A stretch of DNA of 58,864 bases, filler included, from Squatina squatina (taxonomy: Eukaryota): assembly GCA_031763465.1 (NCBI GenBank). It is 4 parts of 4 records of this genome, joined end to end, with 100 filler letters (N's around TTAATTAATTAA, not from the genome) between each part and the next. Parts side by side here need not be neighbours in the genome. Positions count along the whole stretch, not along the records: positions 1 to 17,433 come from JARFOE010000100.1; positions 17,534 to 30,447 come from JARFOE010000001.1; 2 more parts are not named here. One strand, written 5' to 3'. Both the position numbers and the translations under genes were made by a program. The notes below the pieces were generated by a model, which did no database searches, was not told where the DNA came from, and saw only the letters and a program-made list of their open reading frames with translations. Positions 11,669 to 24,402 of the stretch are shown here, one piece after another (position 1 is the first letter of the stretch; every line of letters starts with the position of its first letter).

Positions 11669-11907
11669 TGGGTCTAACTTTTAGTGGGGAATTTACTGCG
11701 GAAGAGCCGAAGTTTTTGTCAGTTTCCCTGATTTGAGTGATTTCACTCATTGCAGCCTGTGGAGGAGCAGTGAATGACGGATCGCAACTTCAGAATTTCT
11801 GTATCTTCCTACTCATGCGGCAAATCCCAAAGTTGCGGTCAGTTTCAAAGGTGGAATGACGGCAAACGCTGCCAGTTCGTTGTCATCCGACTGCAAATTC
11901 TGGGCCA
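11669..11907. mobile_element. Non-autonomous DNA element/MITE (Harbinger-like ends)
   Basis: Ends GGGTCTAACTTTT and AAATTCTGGGCC, with an internal inverted repeat GATCGCAACTTCAGAATTT / AAATCCCAAAGTTGCGGTC. Confidence 0.5.
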
Positions 11908-13102
11908 TTAATTATAAATAGTAATATAAATTGCCTGGCTGCACGGCAAAGAAGAGCTATTATATATATTATTAATTGGCAGCATAATTGAAAACTTTTA
12001 TCTATTAGCAGCATAGTGTGGTAGGTTGAATGTTATTCCCGACCACCACTTAGAATCAGTTCTCTAAAATCAAGCTTTGTTGGTTCTCAGCCAGAATGCT
12101 ACATTGTCCATCACGCAGTAGTAGAATGCTCCATTTTGAAAAGAAAGAAGTTGGCAGGGAGACCTAACTTGCTTGTAGTGATTAATATGGAGTGACATTA
12201 ATAGCAGCAATAAAGAAAACAGTCAGAAAGGCAGCAGATAAGGAATGTAAAAGACTGGAAATTGATAGTTAAAAAAACCTCCACTTTCCTGATTGTTTTA
12301 TTGTCAGGTAGTAGCTGTCTGTAATCTAGTGCTCCAAGTAACTTCCTGGAACCTATGACCAATATTGTAATTATCTTATAACTATTAATTTTCAAATAAT
12401 TATTAATTTTCAGGAAACTGACTGTAGGAAAATAAAAGTATCAAGTACTATTATTTTTTGTGATGCAGTCTAATTTTAAATGACAACCAATTGGATTACA
12501 CCAAAATGTAAGTAATTATCAATAGAAATGCATAATTCACAACAAGCCAAGCATGTGATAGACTTTAGTAATCATAAGTTATTTTAAAAACACAAATACT
12601 GAGCGATTTAGTGGGTGGATGTTATGCTATTGTAATAAAAAACATCCTGAGAGACAAGGGACTCTTTACATTGATCACATAACCTAATACTTCTGCTGTT
12701 AAAGGCTGAGATCAGGTTAATCACAAATTCATATTTAAAGGCATTTGCCCAGATATTCACATTCTTATAATAAGCGGTGCATCTTCAGCATAGCAAGACT
12801 TCTGCCAGTCACAGAGGTACACTCCTGCCATAGTCAATCTTCAGGCCTTAAAATTGTGTTGGGAGTGTCAATGCTGATAGAATAACTACACAGTTTGAGG
12901 ATGTTTTCAAGGAACTGAAATGATCAGGTTAACATAGTTGCTCCATAGCGGCTTGAAATGAATGAGTCTTGCTGTTTGGTTTTTATTTTTTTCTTGTATA
13001 TGTAATTGATAAGGATATACTCTCTATTTAACAAACCAAAAAAGAGTTCAAGAGGCACCTGTAAAATCTTAAAAAGCATGATTTTTCTGTACCTGTTTCC
13101 AG

Positions 13103-13465
13103 GCTGAAAATAAAGCTAAGGCTTTACGTAAACGCGCTAGTGAGCTGGAACATGAACAAAAAACCATGACTCTGCTTGAAATCGAAAAGAAGCAATTTGA
13201 AGACTATGCACAGCAAGTTATTGATGCAGCTGCAAAAAAAGGGCGAAATATCTATCCACTTCTTAAGGCTGCTCACCAAGGCATTGGTGGTGGGCATGGT
13301 CCTGTGCTTACTGAAAAAGGTGGAATTAGACCTAGTTACCAGGTCAAGGACAATTCTGGAATTCAACTTCCAAATTATCAAACTTGTGCAACTGAGGCAA
13401 TTAAGAACCTACATGAGAAACGTGATATTCAGAGATCCAAAAAATCTCTAGGTTTTATATGGTAA
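13103..13465 (+). CDS. CCDC173: CCDC173/CFAP210 terminal coding exon
   Basis: TTTCCAG|GCTGAA; ...GIGGGHGPVLTEKGGIRPSYQVKDNSGIQLP...SKKSLGFIW* matches the recalled CCDC173 C-terminus (GGGRGPV..GGLRPSYQ..RLGFTW). Middle exons are absent from the assembly. Confidence 0.92.
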   Translation, partial: AENKAKALRKRASELEHEQKTMTLLEIEKKQFEDYAQQVIDAAAKKGRNIYPLLKAAHQGIGGGHGPVLTEKGGIRPSYQVKDNSGIQLPNYQTCATEAIKNLHEKRDIQRSKKSLGFIW

Positions 13466-13814
13466 AAACTTTGGAAATACCAAATGTTTCAAATTGATTT
13501 ACATTTTTACAACTATTTTACATTAATGAACACCACAATTAATCTTTCTGTATGATCATCTGCATATCAGCAACCATGTACTTTCTAGATTTAATGTAAT
13601 TTATGCTATTGCATGTATTTGAAACTAACAAAAGTTTGAGTAGCCATTCTAGTAGTGTGTTTCACAGAGATTTATGTAAAATATCAAACAATGAATGAAG
13701 TGTAAAAGCAAGATGGGAGAGATGAATAAACTCAATGTGAAAGAACGTTTAATGTTATGCAACAGTACAAAGGCATTGACAAAGTATTAGAATTTATGGT
13801 AATTGAATGAAATA

Positions 13815-13889
13815 ATAGAAACATAGAAAATAGGTGCAGGAGTAGGCCATTTGGCCCTTCGAGCCTGCACCGCCATTCAACACGATCAT
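13815..13889 (-). mobile_element. CR1 LINE 3' end
   Basis: ATAGAAACATAGAAAATAGGTGCAGGAGTAGGCCATTTGGCCC, the 8-nt tail repeat plus 3' hairpin; same family as 28340. Confidence 0.85.
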
Positions 13890-16150
13890 NNNNNNNNNNN
13901 NNNNNNNNNNNNNNNNNNNNNNNNNNNNNNNNNNNNNNNNNNNNNNNNNNNNNNNNNNNNNNNNNNNNNNNNNNNNNNNNNNNNNNNNNCAGTATAACTT
14001 TAAAGTTTGGAGTCACTCTCGGCAACACACTAAAAACAGTGGGAGACCCCTTCCAGAATTCTGCCTCACAACTTGGATTGGGCACCAATTGGAGTATAAT
14101 TCCTGTCCATAACTGCAGTATTTCTTTTCTTCACTAGTTAACACTTCAGTTGTCCAGATCCCAGACCAATAGTCAACGTCACAGATATACGAGCTGATAA
14201 ATAGCTTGCGTCAATAATGCTCGCGCTCCATGAAATAACTCTGCAGTTTACAGAGTTAGGATGGAGTACTGCAGTTCTAAATAATCACTAAATATGCTAA
14301 TAAATGATTCTCATCTATAAAATGCCATTGGAAGCTTTTAATAATTTTATTGCAAGGTAGAATTTGTTATACGTTTTACAAATAAAATATGTTTGCAATA
14401 TTTTATTGCATGATAGAACTTTGTAAAAAATATCACAAGGGCCGTACACTAATAACCATACATTTGTTGAAGAAACAAATTCTTCCATAAAGTTACTACA
14501 GAATTTAATCACGTGGAGAAACAAACCTGCTTCCATGAGTTCAGAAAATAAAAAAATAAAGATTTTAATCTTTATCTTTTCATGTGGAATAAATTTAAAT
14601 CAGAAATATTCAGATGATGCTTCAAGACAGTATCTGAGAAATAAGCAATTTTCAGATAATTTCAAGGAAAAAATATGAAATAAAATGTTAACTTTGCCTG
14701 CCCCAAACTTTAAGACTCCTGAAAATATTTTCATGGTATTATCAAAGCTTGGTTGCACAGTTGGTGCATACTAGAAATACCTGTTAAGTTTTAGACAAAA
14801 TATTCAGCGAAGCTCTATTAAGAAATTCAATTTTGCCAAAAAGCTTAGAATCATGAAAGGAGGAGGAGACTGGAGCATCTGTTTCTCCAGATTAAGAGCT
14901 TTACCAGGGTAAGAAATGTTTGTCCAAATGTACAAGTTTAGGAGTCACATGTCATAGCATGACGTTTCACTTTACGAAGCATGTTTGTTCTGTGCTGTGG
15001 TTGCAATGCACAGAGTATAAAACAATCAGAGAGGAATAAATTCCATAGAAGTCTTCAAAAATGCTGTTTATACTCTGGAACAAATTGTATTTTGGTGGAG
15101 CCCACTTGGCTAAAGACGGAGATCCATTACTACTTTGCATTACATCACACAAATTCATAAGAACGTGTAGTGCTCAGTCCAGCAAAAGTACATTTTTAAG
15201 AATTTATAATATTTTGTAGTGCTTGAGTTTACGCAAATTGAACGTGTAAGTAAATGGAAAACATGAAATCAAACCTTTGAATAAGACCCTACATTAACTG
15301 AAAATGTTAAGGACTGTATTTGAATCCATATTTGAAAGCATGTCTGTCTTGTGCATGACCTGCTACTTACGACATCATAGCTAAACTAAAATAAGCTATT
15401 TTAACAGATTCTGCAACACTTTAACCTGATACATGAAAGTCAAATTTATACTGTACAGTTAAGCTGAAAATAAAAATACATATAATATTAATAGTGAATT
15501 TCTGTGCTCATCACGGTGAGGAAAAGTCTTAACAATGCTATCAATCAGTTCCAATTCATGTGCAGTTATGGGTTCAATGTAGACAGTCAGCTTCACTGCA
15601 CTTCAACACTGTATCCTCACCTCCCATGCCAACCATCCTTGTATTTTCTCCGAGCACAACTGCCAATTTAGTGCTAACTATGTTGCATTGTGGCCAGTTT
15701 TGTGTGAGTTCAACACACGAAGAACTGGGTCAAATCTGCCCAACTTCATTTCACACAGGAACTGTGCTACACACTTGTTCCCTCAGCACTTCTTGGGAAA
15801 AAAATTAGGACGGCAATAACCAGAAACCTTTCAGTCCAATCAGATACACTATTTCCGTCCAAACATAAAGAGGTTGTTAATGAAAATTATCACTNNNNNN
15901 NNNNNNNNNNNNNNNNNNNNNNNNNNNNNNNNNNNNNNNNNNNNNNNNNNNNNNNNNNNNNNNNNNNNNNNNNNNNNNNNNNNNNNNNNNNNNNNNNNNN
16001 NNNNNNNNNNNNNNNNNNNNNNNNNNNNNNNNNNNNNNNNNNNNNNNNNNNNNNNNNNNNNNNNNNNNNNNNNNNNNNNNNNNNNNNNTCTGAAAAAAAT
16101 AAATCACAGAAACATTTATTGGCAATCGATTGCTTGTCCATAAAGCACAT

Positions 16151-17433
16151 TTATTCACTTTTATCTTCATCTGAACTAGGGGTGGAATCACAGTTTGAGT
16201 GCTTCTCCTTGTCATGGTTCCGATCTTTTACTCTGCTGTTTGACTTCTTAATTTTGTCATCATGTTCACACGTTCTGCTTCTAGATGCAGATTTTTCTCC
16301 AGACTTTTTGCTTTTACTACTCCCCCTTTTGCGCTTTGAACCGGGACTACGACTTTGTTCCTTTTCCTTATTCCTGCCCTCTTCCTCTTTCAGACTCTCG
16401 GAGCTGCTGCTATGATGCCTACCCTGGCTTCTACTATGGCTTTTCAGCTTTTCATTCTCCCGGTTGTGTACTTTTTTCCCGTTTGAACTTGGATTTTCAA
16501 CAACCTTTAACTCTTTCTCCTTATTTTGATTATCTTCTGAACTTTTTGATTTTTCTTCCTTCTTTGAATCTTCAGATCTATATGTTTCAGGGGTTCTTTT
16601 GTCTCTGCTCCTTGACCGTCCTCTTTTTTTCTTCTGTTCTTTATCTCTGTTCTTTTGACCTTCTTTGCTCTCACCTCTGTCCCTTTCCTTGCTTTTGGAT
16701 CTTGCTCTTTTTTCTTGATCTTTACTCCTGCCCTGTTCCTCGTCATTACTAATGGACTTAGACCAGTTCTCTCTGCGCTTTTGTTCCCTGTCTCTGCTTC
16801 TTGAGTTTGCATGTTTTTCTCTTTCTGTACTTTTCTCTTTTTCCCTATCTTTACTTCTAGATTTTGCTCGCCTTCCTCTTTCTTTACTTCGACTCTGTTG
16901 CCGATCTTTGCTTCTAGATTTGGCCCTTTTTCCTCTATCTTTGTTTTTACTCTGTTCTCGATCTCTGCTTCTAGATTTTGATTTGGCCCTTTTTTCTTGC
17001 TCTCTACTTTTACTTCGTTCTCGACTTTTAGATTTTGATTTGGCCCGTTTTTCTCGCTCCCTACTTTGACTTCGTTCTTGACTTTTAGATTTTGATTTGG
17101 CCCGTTTTGCGCTCTCTCTACTTTTACTCTGTTCACGATCTCTACTTCTGGATTTTGATTTGGCTCGTTTTAACCTCTCTCTACTTTTACTCTGTTCTCG
17201 ATCAGGACTTCTTGATTTGGCCTGCTTACCCCTCTCCCTACTGTTACTCTGTTCTCGGTCCCGACTTCTTGATTTGGCCTGCTTACCCCTCTCCTTACCG
17301 TTACTCTGTTCTCGATCCCGACTCCTTGATTTGGCCTGCTTACCCCTCTCCTTACTGTTACTCTGTTCTCGATCCCGACTCCTTGATTTGGCCTGCTTAC
17401 CCCTCTCCTTACTGTTACTCTGTTCTCGATCCC
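16151..17433 (-). CDS. PPIG: Peptidyl-prolyl isomerase G (cyclophilin G) terminal exon, RS/KE-rich domain; 5' part in a gap
   Basis: An Arg/Ser/Lys/Glu-rich minus-strand frame (RGRSRSRDKRTP...) ends CDSTPSSDEDKSE*, compared with recalled human ESSPGTDEDKSG*. It is convergent with CCDC173 as in human. The ORF track misses it because there is no start codon before the gap. Confidence 0.85.
16880..17433 (-). repeat. In-frame coding tandem repeat (57-bp and 63-bp units) inside the PPIG RS domain
   Basis: The 57-bp unit CTCTGTTCTCGATCCCGACTCCTTGATTTGGCCTGCTTACCCCTCTCCTTACTGTTA occurs about 4 times (e.g. starts at 17361 and 17418); more diverged 63-bp units lie to the left. Confidence 0.95.
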
Positions 17434-17477
17434 NNNNNNNNNNNNNNNNNNNNNNNNNNNNNNNNNNNNNNNNNNNN

Positions 17478-17489
17478 TTAATTAATTAA
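17478..17489. other. Artificial scaffold linker TTAATTAATTAA flanked by N44
   Basis: Palindromic 12-mer with stops in all six frames, centred in a 100-nt gap; identical copies at 30492 and 44296. Confidence 0.95.
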
Positions 17490-17533
17490 NNNNNNNNNNN
17501 NNNNNNNNNNNNNNNNNNNNNNNNNNNNNNNNN

Positions 17534-18470
17534 TGCAACACATGAAGACATGCAATTACCATCGTCTGCAGCAGCAGGCAGAACCCCACCACCAGCCACA
17601 GGCTGACCTACGTTAGCTCCCAGTATGCGAACAATTGCCTGCTCCACTTCAGACAAGGGAATGATCTGTGGCTCCCCTCCCTCAGTATGCTCCTGCTCGC
17701 GTCTGTTGTTCGCCAGCTTACACTGCATAAGAGACCAAAACAGTAGTAAGCTACATACTTTCAATAGATAGGGGCAATGTCACAGCATTAGTACTGTGCC
17801 ATTTGCTAAAATGCAGCAATGATTGATGCATGCATGGAGAAATGGTTACAGTGACAGTATGATGAGATGGCCTCCTCAATCAGAACAGTTATCACACACA
17901 TGAACACTTCTACAGTCAACAGCAAAGCACACTTACTTTCACTACACGACTTAGGTTGTTGAATTTCTTCCGGCACTGACGTGCTGTGCAGACGACCACA
18001 TCTAACATGGAGACCTGTTATACTCCCCCGTAAAGCCCTCGCCATCTGAGCACTTCCCCTTCTGCCTGCCCTGGCAAAAAACGAGTGCCTCCAGAGCCTC
18101 ACGAGTGAACCTTGGGGCTCGTGCCCCTCTACCAGCTGCAGCCATTAAACCACACAGCAATGTTTGGATAAAAAAATGTCAACAGTTGTATACAAGACTG
18201 GCCTCAGCAGTAGCTGCACTGAGTTTCAACATTGCCTTTAAGGGCTGGAATGGGCTAGTAACTGATTGAGCCTCATCAACTAGTTCAGTGAATTGGTCCC
18301 ATTGCAAGTGCCACATCTAAGTCAAATCAGGTCCGATTGGCATCCTGCCAGAAAAAACATTTAAAGGGACCAATTCCTACCTTAACAGGGCGGCACAGAA
18401 ACTGATCAAAAACACACCTTTTCCCCAACTTAAGTTACCAGCGCAGCGCTGTCCAATTGGGCCCCCTAAG
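17534..18470 (-). mobile_element. PIF/Harbinger transposon end with two-exon Myb/SANT-like gene remnant
   Basis: Exon 1 (18145-17937): MAAAGRGARAPRFTREALEALV...VVCTARQCRKKFNNLSRVVK|GTAAGT, with an internal deletion/frameshift. Exon 2 starts at 17722: CAG|CKLANNRREQEHTEGGEPQIIPLSEVEQAIVRILG. A terminal-like GGGGCCCAATT lies near 18465. Confidence 0.8.
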
Positions 18471-21400
18471 TGTTTTATTGAAATGAGGTAACTGATTTGT
18501 TAGCTTACAAAGCCATTGCAAGCATAGTTTTCAGATTCTTTATTCAGTGAAAAGTTTGGATTGATGATGTGTGTTTACCAGCTGTAATGCTGCAGGACTG
18601 ACTTTGTTCTAAATTGTTCTGTGTCATAGTAAGTGTTGCTCTTGTTTTTGTTGTATACATTCATTTAGTTTGGAGCTTTTATCTTTTAACAATCAATACC
18701 CTTTTTAAGCAGGGTGAAATTACACCTGTCAGTGATAGAGTGTTTCCTTCACTCCATTTTTCTGTTCTTCCATGAAAATGAATTACAAAAGCTAATGTCA
18801 CCCAATGATTGTAATAAACACTCACTTTCCCTGCTGTGTTTACCACAATTGTATTCCTGTTTGTTAACCCCAGGGCGAGAATATACATTAGTCTTGTCTG
18901 CCTGGAAACTCTGTCAAGGGCACAGGGCACATGCTTTAATAATTAGGTGCAAAAATAATATCCAGGCAACTTAATCTCTATTTGAACATCCCAGCCCACA
19001 GGCCAAATTACAGCTGTTCATAGTCATTTTGCCTTGATTCATCATTTTCCTATGACACAGCACCCTTCAAAAATTCTTCTTCAGGATACACCTCTTTTCA
19101 TGGTCCAATTCTGCTGTTGTTGCCAAGTATTCCACACAAACAACAGGTGCACCTGGGCAGTTTCCACTTTATTTACACTGGGAAAAGTTAATGTTTTACT
19201 GAATCCAGGTCACACCTGTGAAAGAAAAGAACCTTAATAAGATCTTTTGATGAGATTGTGGCTCTGCTACCACAAGCATTTCTGTGTTAAAAATGAAGTA
19301 GAGAGCTGAAGAATTGGTTTGAGTTTCTTATTTATTTTAAAGTCCTGTATTATTCTACGTAAGTGGTATATAATATCAGTGAGTTAACAAAGTGTTTTTA
19401 TGTGTTATACTTCAAACCTCTGCTCTCTTTGAAAACTGAGAATTGATTCTGTAATGTGCACCTAACTAAAACTTCACCAGAACAATGGGTGATGCCAGCA
19501 AAAACCACGGACACCCCATCCGAAAGAAAACTGAAACAAAACATCGTTTCTAGTAAAGTCTGCAGTCCCAGAACTCTNNNNNNNNNNNNNNNNNNNNNNN
19601 NNNNNNNNNNNNNNNNNNNNNNNNNNNNNNNNNNNNNNNNNNNNNNNNNNNNNNNNNNNNNNNNNNNNNNNNNNNNNNNNNNNNNNNNNNNNNNNNNNNN
19701 NNNNNNNNNNNNNNNNNNNNNNNNNNNNNNNNNNNNNNNNNNNNNNNNNNNNNNNNNNNNNNNNNNNNNNNNNNNNNNNNNNNNNNNNNNNNNNNNNNNN
19801 NNNNNNNNNNNNNNNNNNNNNNNNNNNNNNNNNNNNNNNNNNNNNNNNNNNNNNNNNNNNNNNNNNNNNNNNNNNNNNNNNNNNNNNNNNNNNNNNNNNN
19901 NNNNNNNNNNNNNNNNNNNNNNNNNNNNNNNNNNNNNNNNNNNNNNNNNNNNNNNNNNNNNNNNNNNNNNNNNNNNNNNNNNNNNNNNNNNNNNNNNNNN
20001 NNNNNNNNNNNNNNNNNNNNNNNNNNNNNNNNNNNNNNNNNNNNNNNNNNNNNNNNNNNGTTCATTGATATTTTCCACAGAACCTTTGGCCTTTCCAAAG
20101 CTGAATCTTATTATAGCACGTCATTTGTGGATTTTTATCTGGTTAAATAAAGTTAACAGCATTTTAAAAGCTGGAAAGCTCCATACATCAACCAACCCAG
20201 TTTTAGTGCACATCAATTAAGCACCTGTCTTTCTGAAAAATGAATTTGTAATTTGATCCAGTTTTGAATTATTTTTGTTTCTGTATGAGGTTGAGATTTG
20301 ACACATGTGCAATGATTTAAAAACTGCACAAACACCACTCCTGCAGTAGTGGTTCAACTCAATCATGGAGCCAAAACTAGCATAACAGGGTCAACGTTAG
20401 TGCAGTTCGTTAACTCCACGTGTGTGTTAGACCTTGATCTCACAAAGAAATCCAGATTATTTCAGAAAACAGTCAAATGATTAATCTAACTGGTTTCCAC
20501 AAATATTATGAGCTAAAAGTTTCCACAGCTATTAGAAGGTAGAGGCACCATTTTGTTTCCCAGAACCGCTGTGTAAATTCCCGTTGGTGGAATAAATTCC
20601 TATTGGGTGAATATTGTTATTCACAGGTGTGTCAGTTGTCACGCTCTTGCTGCTGCCATGATCACTTTTCATTGTGTCTTATCATGGCTGCTGTGGGGGA
20701 AAAAATCATCTGATTTTCCACTGGACTATGTTAAACAAAAATTAAAGTAGCCACATAAGAATGCCAGAAATGTTGATGTAAAACACACATGATAATATAA
20801 TAAAGTGGATTCCTGATGGTCTTTCCAGAGGAAAATTGAATACTTTATGGCACGTTCGTTATTATTTTAGCAACAAGCAGTTGTAGAACTCATTCAGACA
20901 AAAGAGAGAGCAGCACAGAATAAGAGTAAGCATGGAATAGAAAAAGAAGCAGTGATACAGTGCGAAATGTATACAAGTTCTGCCACATGCATTGCATAGT
21001 CAGTAGCTACAAGCACAGAGCAGTTTTATGTCCGCCTAATCACTGGTTCTCTTGAATGTGGGTAAATGTGCAGTGCAAAAAATAGTATTGATAGACAAGT
21101 ACTGTCTTTCATAAAACTATCTCTAGTGCAGATAGTTATGGCTGTCAGATATCTGTATGTTGGCCTGACAGGAGTTACTAAAGCACACNNNNNNNNNNNN
21201 NNNNNNNNNNNNNNNNACCTCGGATATTCTCTGCGGAGAAACCAGGGCTGTATAGGTAATAAGGCGGTCAATGATGCAACAAAAAGATCAAGTTTAAAGT
21301 CAAAATTAAAGTAGAATTCCCAGCACTATTGCATTTCAGTCCCTGTAAAGGTTGATATGCTGCCCAACCCTCTGTCCTTGTCACGGGCAGTAGAGCAATA

Positions 21401-23295
21401 AAAACACCAAGTTGATTTGAAAGCCTTAGCTAGTGGGAGGCCTTCTGATCCATTGACACAGAGATAACATGTGAGGCCTGTCAGATACCCTGACAAGGTT
21501 GGCAAGTAGAGTTCTGATGTAGTTATTTTTAGCTTAGGAGGAGCCATGTCAAATTAGAGAATTACATATGGGTCACAGCATTTAGTTAGTCAATATAGAC
21601 TTAATGTAGCATTACAGTTCATGGTCAAGGTGCAGTATATTCAAGGTGGGTACAAGGTGGAGAATTCAGTAAAAAGGCTTTAAAAACTATTTCCTTCTTT
21701 TACAGAGCAATCCATGTCAGATGAGTGTTGTTATCTGGTTCACTTTCGTTCACTGCACAGTTACCATAAAATCAAGTGCATAAGTTGCACTGCTGTATAT
21801 ATATCCTCCTCCCCTTTTACTATTATTATTTTAGACAAAAATACCTTTATACNNNNNNNNNNNNNNNNNNNNNNNNNNNNNNNNNNNNNNNNNNNNNNNN
21901 NNNNNNNNNNNNNNNNNNNNNNNNNNNNNNNNNNNNNNNNNNNNNNNNNNNNTTATGTAAATTCTAGCTACTGGAATTGTAAACAGTGGGACTCAAGAGA
22001 ACAGGTTGGAATGTTGTCAACTCACTTTATACACAGACACTCATTTAGATTTAAAAAGCCTGGCAAGTTCATACTGGCGTGCAAATGGTCTGAGATCCAC
22101 ACCACTTGTTTCATCTATTTCAGCATTGAAGTCAAGTGGCTGGAAGTGCCTTTTATAATGATTTCCTCTACTCCACCCCCCTCTAATGAACAGCTGCGAG
22201 AATTTATGCAGCAACATTTACAGTATGTACTGGCTGATGTTCAGGAGAGATGAAAAAGGATATACTTAATCTAATCTCTCTTACTGTTTTTACTTTAGCA
22301 TNNNNNNNNNNATTGCAGATTGACACTTTCTGCACATGAATCATCTGGATGTTGTTGTCTGACTGTTGAAGCCTTTGGACCAAAAGTATCACAGTAGATA
22401 TTAATCTGCATAAATTTAATCTGCAGCAGTAATATGCCTTAATGATTTGACTTAGTTTTGAAATAGTTAAAAGATCAATAACTGTTCTGTTGCCTACGTA
22501 TGAGGTTATTTCAAGAGGGACTGTCATTGTATTGATGCAAAATTGCAGTGAAATGTTATAAATGCAATATGCAAAACATATTAGTCACATTGTAAAGGTA
22601 TCATCATTTTACATTTTTGGACAAAAACAGCAGCAGTAAAAGCACTGCAAAATTGTTCACATTATAGTGAGCTTCTTTTATAAATTCATATGGATATGCT
22701 GGAATTTAGTTAAATATTCAGATAGATTTTCCTCTTCAGCACTTTGGCATGAGAGCTTAATGGACAGAAATGCCAATCGCAAATTCAGGAACAAGATGCT
22801 CATGCTTTTCCATCCATATACCCAGGCGTTGGAGGAAAATCTGCACCATTGTGTTTAGTATTGAGTGATAATAATTGCATGGGCTTATGGGGCTATGTTA
22901 ATCCATTGAAGAGCATATTTACTACAAAAAGGTGGGATATATGGCTTGCCATCTGTTATCATATATCCCATTTCTAAAGTTCATTGATTGAGCTTTTTGG
23001 TCAACCAAACGTGTAAATCTCCAGGCCAAACTACTGACAAATTCACATAAATACATTTTCTGTTTACCTGATTTGGAGCACACACTTCTTCCCCATTTGG
23101 ACACATCATATTTGCCTCAACCCAATTTACATACAGTGTTGGCAATAGCCAATCCTTGATGACCACAGTTTCTGTCTCTTGTGTAACTGATATTTNNNNN
23201 NNNNNNNNNNNNNNNNNNNNNNNNNNNNNNNNNNNNNNNNNNNNNNNNNNNNNNNNNNNNNNNNNNNNNNNNNNNNNNNNNNNNNNNNNNNNNNN

Positions 23296-23420
23296 CCTAG
23301 AACTCCCTCCCTAACAGCACTGTGGGAGTTCCTTCACCACAAGGACTGTAGCGGTTCAAGAAGGCTCAAAAATTTCTCAAGGGCAACTAGGGATGGGCAA
23401 TAAATGCTGGCCTTGCCCTG
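23296..23420 (+). mobile_element. CR1/L2-group LINE 3' end
   Basis: AACTCCCTCCCTAACAGCACTGTGGG...GGTTCAAGAAGG...GGGCAACTAGGGATGGGCAATAAATGCTGGCCTTGCC; same family at 38255 (-) and 41772 (+). Confidence 0.75.
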
Positions 23421-24402
23421 AGAAGCCAATCTTATCAGATTTTACTGTCGGGTTAGACACTGGGCAGGTCTTTCGTGAATTTTAGTTAAAATGACATTGG
23501 GGTCCTAGTTGCTTTGTAGGACCCTGATTTTAATGTATCCAAGGGGCTCCCCACACCAATGGCGGGGATCTGTCCTCAATCCAAAAACTTCATGATTAAA
23601 ATGGCGGTGGGCAGGAATATTGCATTGCACTACTGCAATTTAATCACTCACTACCCCGCTCTCGTCAGGCAGACAGCATTAAAATTGGACCTTAACTTTC
23701 TGCTCATGGCTCACTAAAATATTTATAGACAATTGTAATTTAAAGTGCTGTTTATAGTTGAGCTCTGTTTTCTCTTGTCTGTGCTCACATTTTGCGAGCA
23801 CTATACGTAAGGGATTAGTTCTACTTACTATATGCAATGACATTGTAAATGTATTCATACAAATTTCCTCTAGTCAGTACTAAAATCGTTAATGTATTCA
23901 TAAAAAGTACATTTAGAAAGAATTATCAGAGGAAATCCTCATGAATCTATCGACTATGTACTTGGAGTAAAAGATCTTTTTTCTTAACCTCTCATTTGGC
24001 CTGGATTGTGAAGCAGGAGCTGCAACAAGTATTTTTATCAGCCTGATGGGAATTTTTTGTGGTTTCTGTGGGAAAGAAAAATCCTGTGGATGTGTCAGGA
24101 TCATAGTTTATGTCATGTTTTGGAATTTATTGACCATTTTTCACTGAAAGGATTCGTTTAAAAAAAAATGTTGCTTTTAAGTGTTGGGTTTTAAAACAAA
24201 GTGGATTGGCACAGGTTTTAAAAGGAAGGCCACAGGCTGATAGGCATTTTCAGAATGGTATTCAAGTCAAACATTGATAGTGTCACCCAGGATGATTGGT
24301 AATAAGGGAGATGTTATTGACCATGGGGTTCCTTCCTGTTGAGTTTTGCATGAGACTGATTACAAAGGGGAGGTGCAACCTTGATTACCGGCTCAACAAA
24401 GG

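Noticed and set aside
17190-17433. Regular repeats superficially like a CRISPR array
   Set aside because: Head-to-tail units without unique spacers, in-frame within a eukaryotic CDS, and no cas genes.
16119-17489. Long Leu/Ser/Phe-rich plus-strand ORFs and the 209-aa minus-strand ORF at 16507-17136
   Set aside because: They are antisense or off-frame shadows of the repetitive PPIG RS exon.
20644-20699. SECIS interpretation of the hairpin (AUGA...AAAA on the minus strand)
   Set aside because: The 3' arm is too short for helix II, the GA quartet geometry is absent and no selenoprotein is nearby.
22560-23195. Possible decayed LTR/retroviral integrase on the minus strand (YIPPFC..., KFQHIHMNL)
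   Set aside because: Only faint motif resemblance with many stops; needs a frameshift-aware HMM search.
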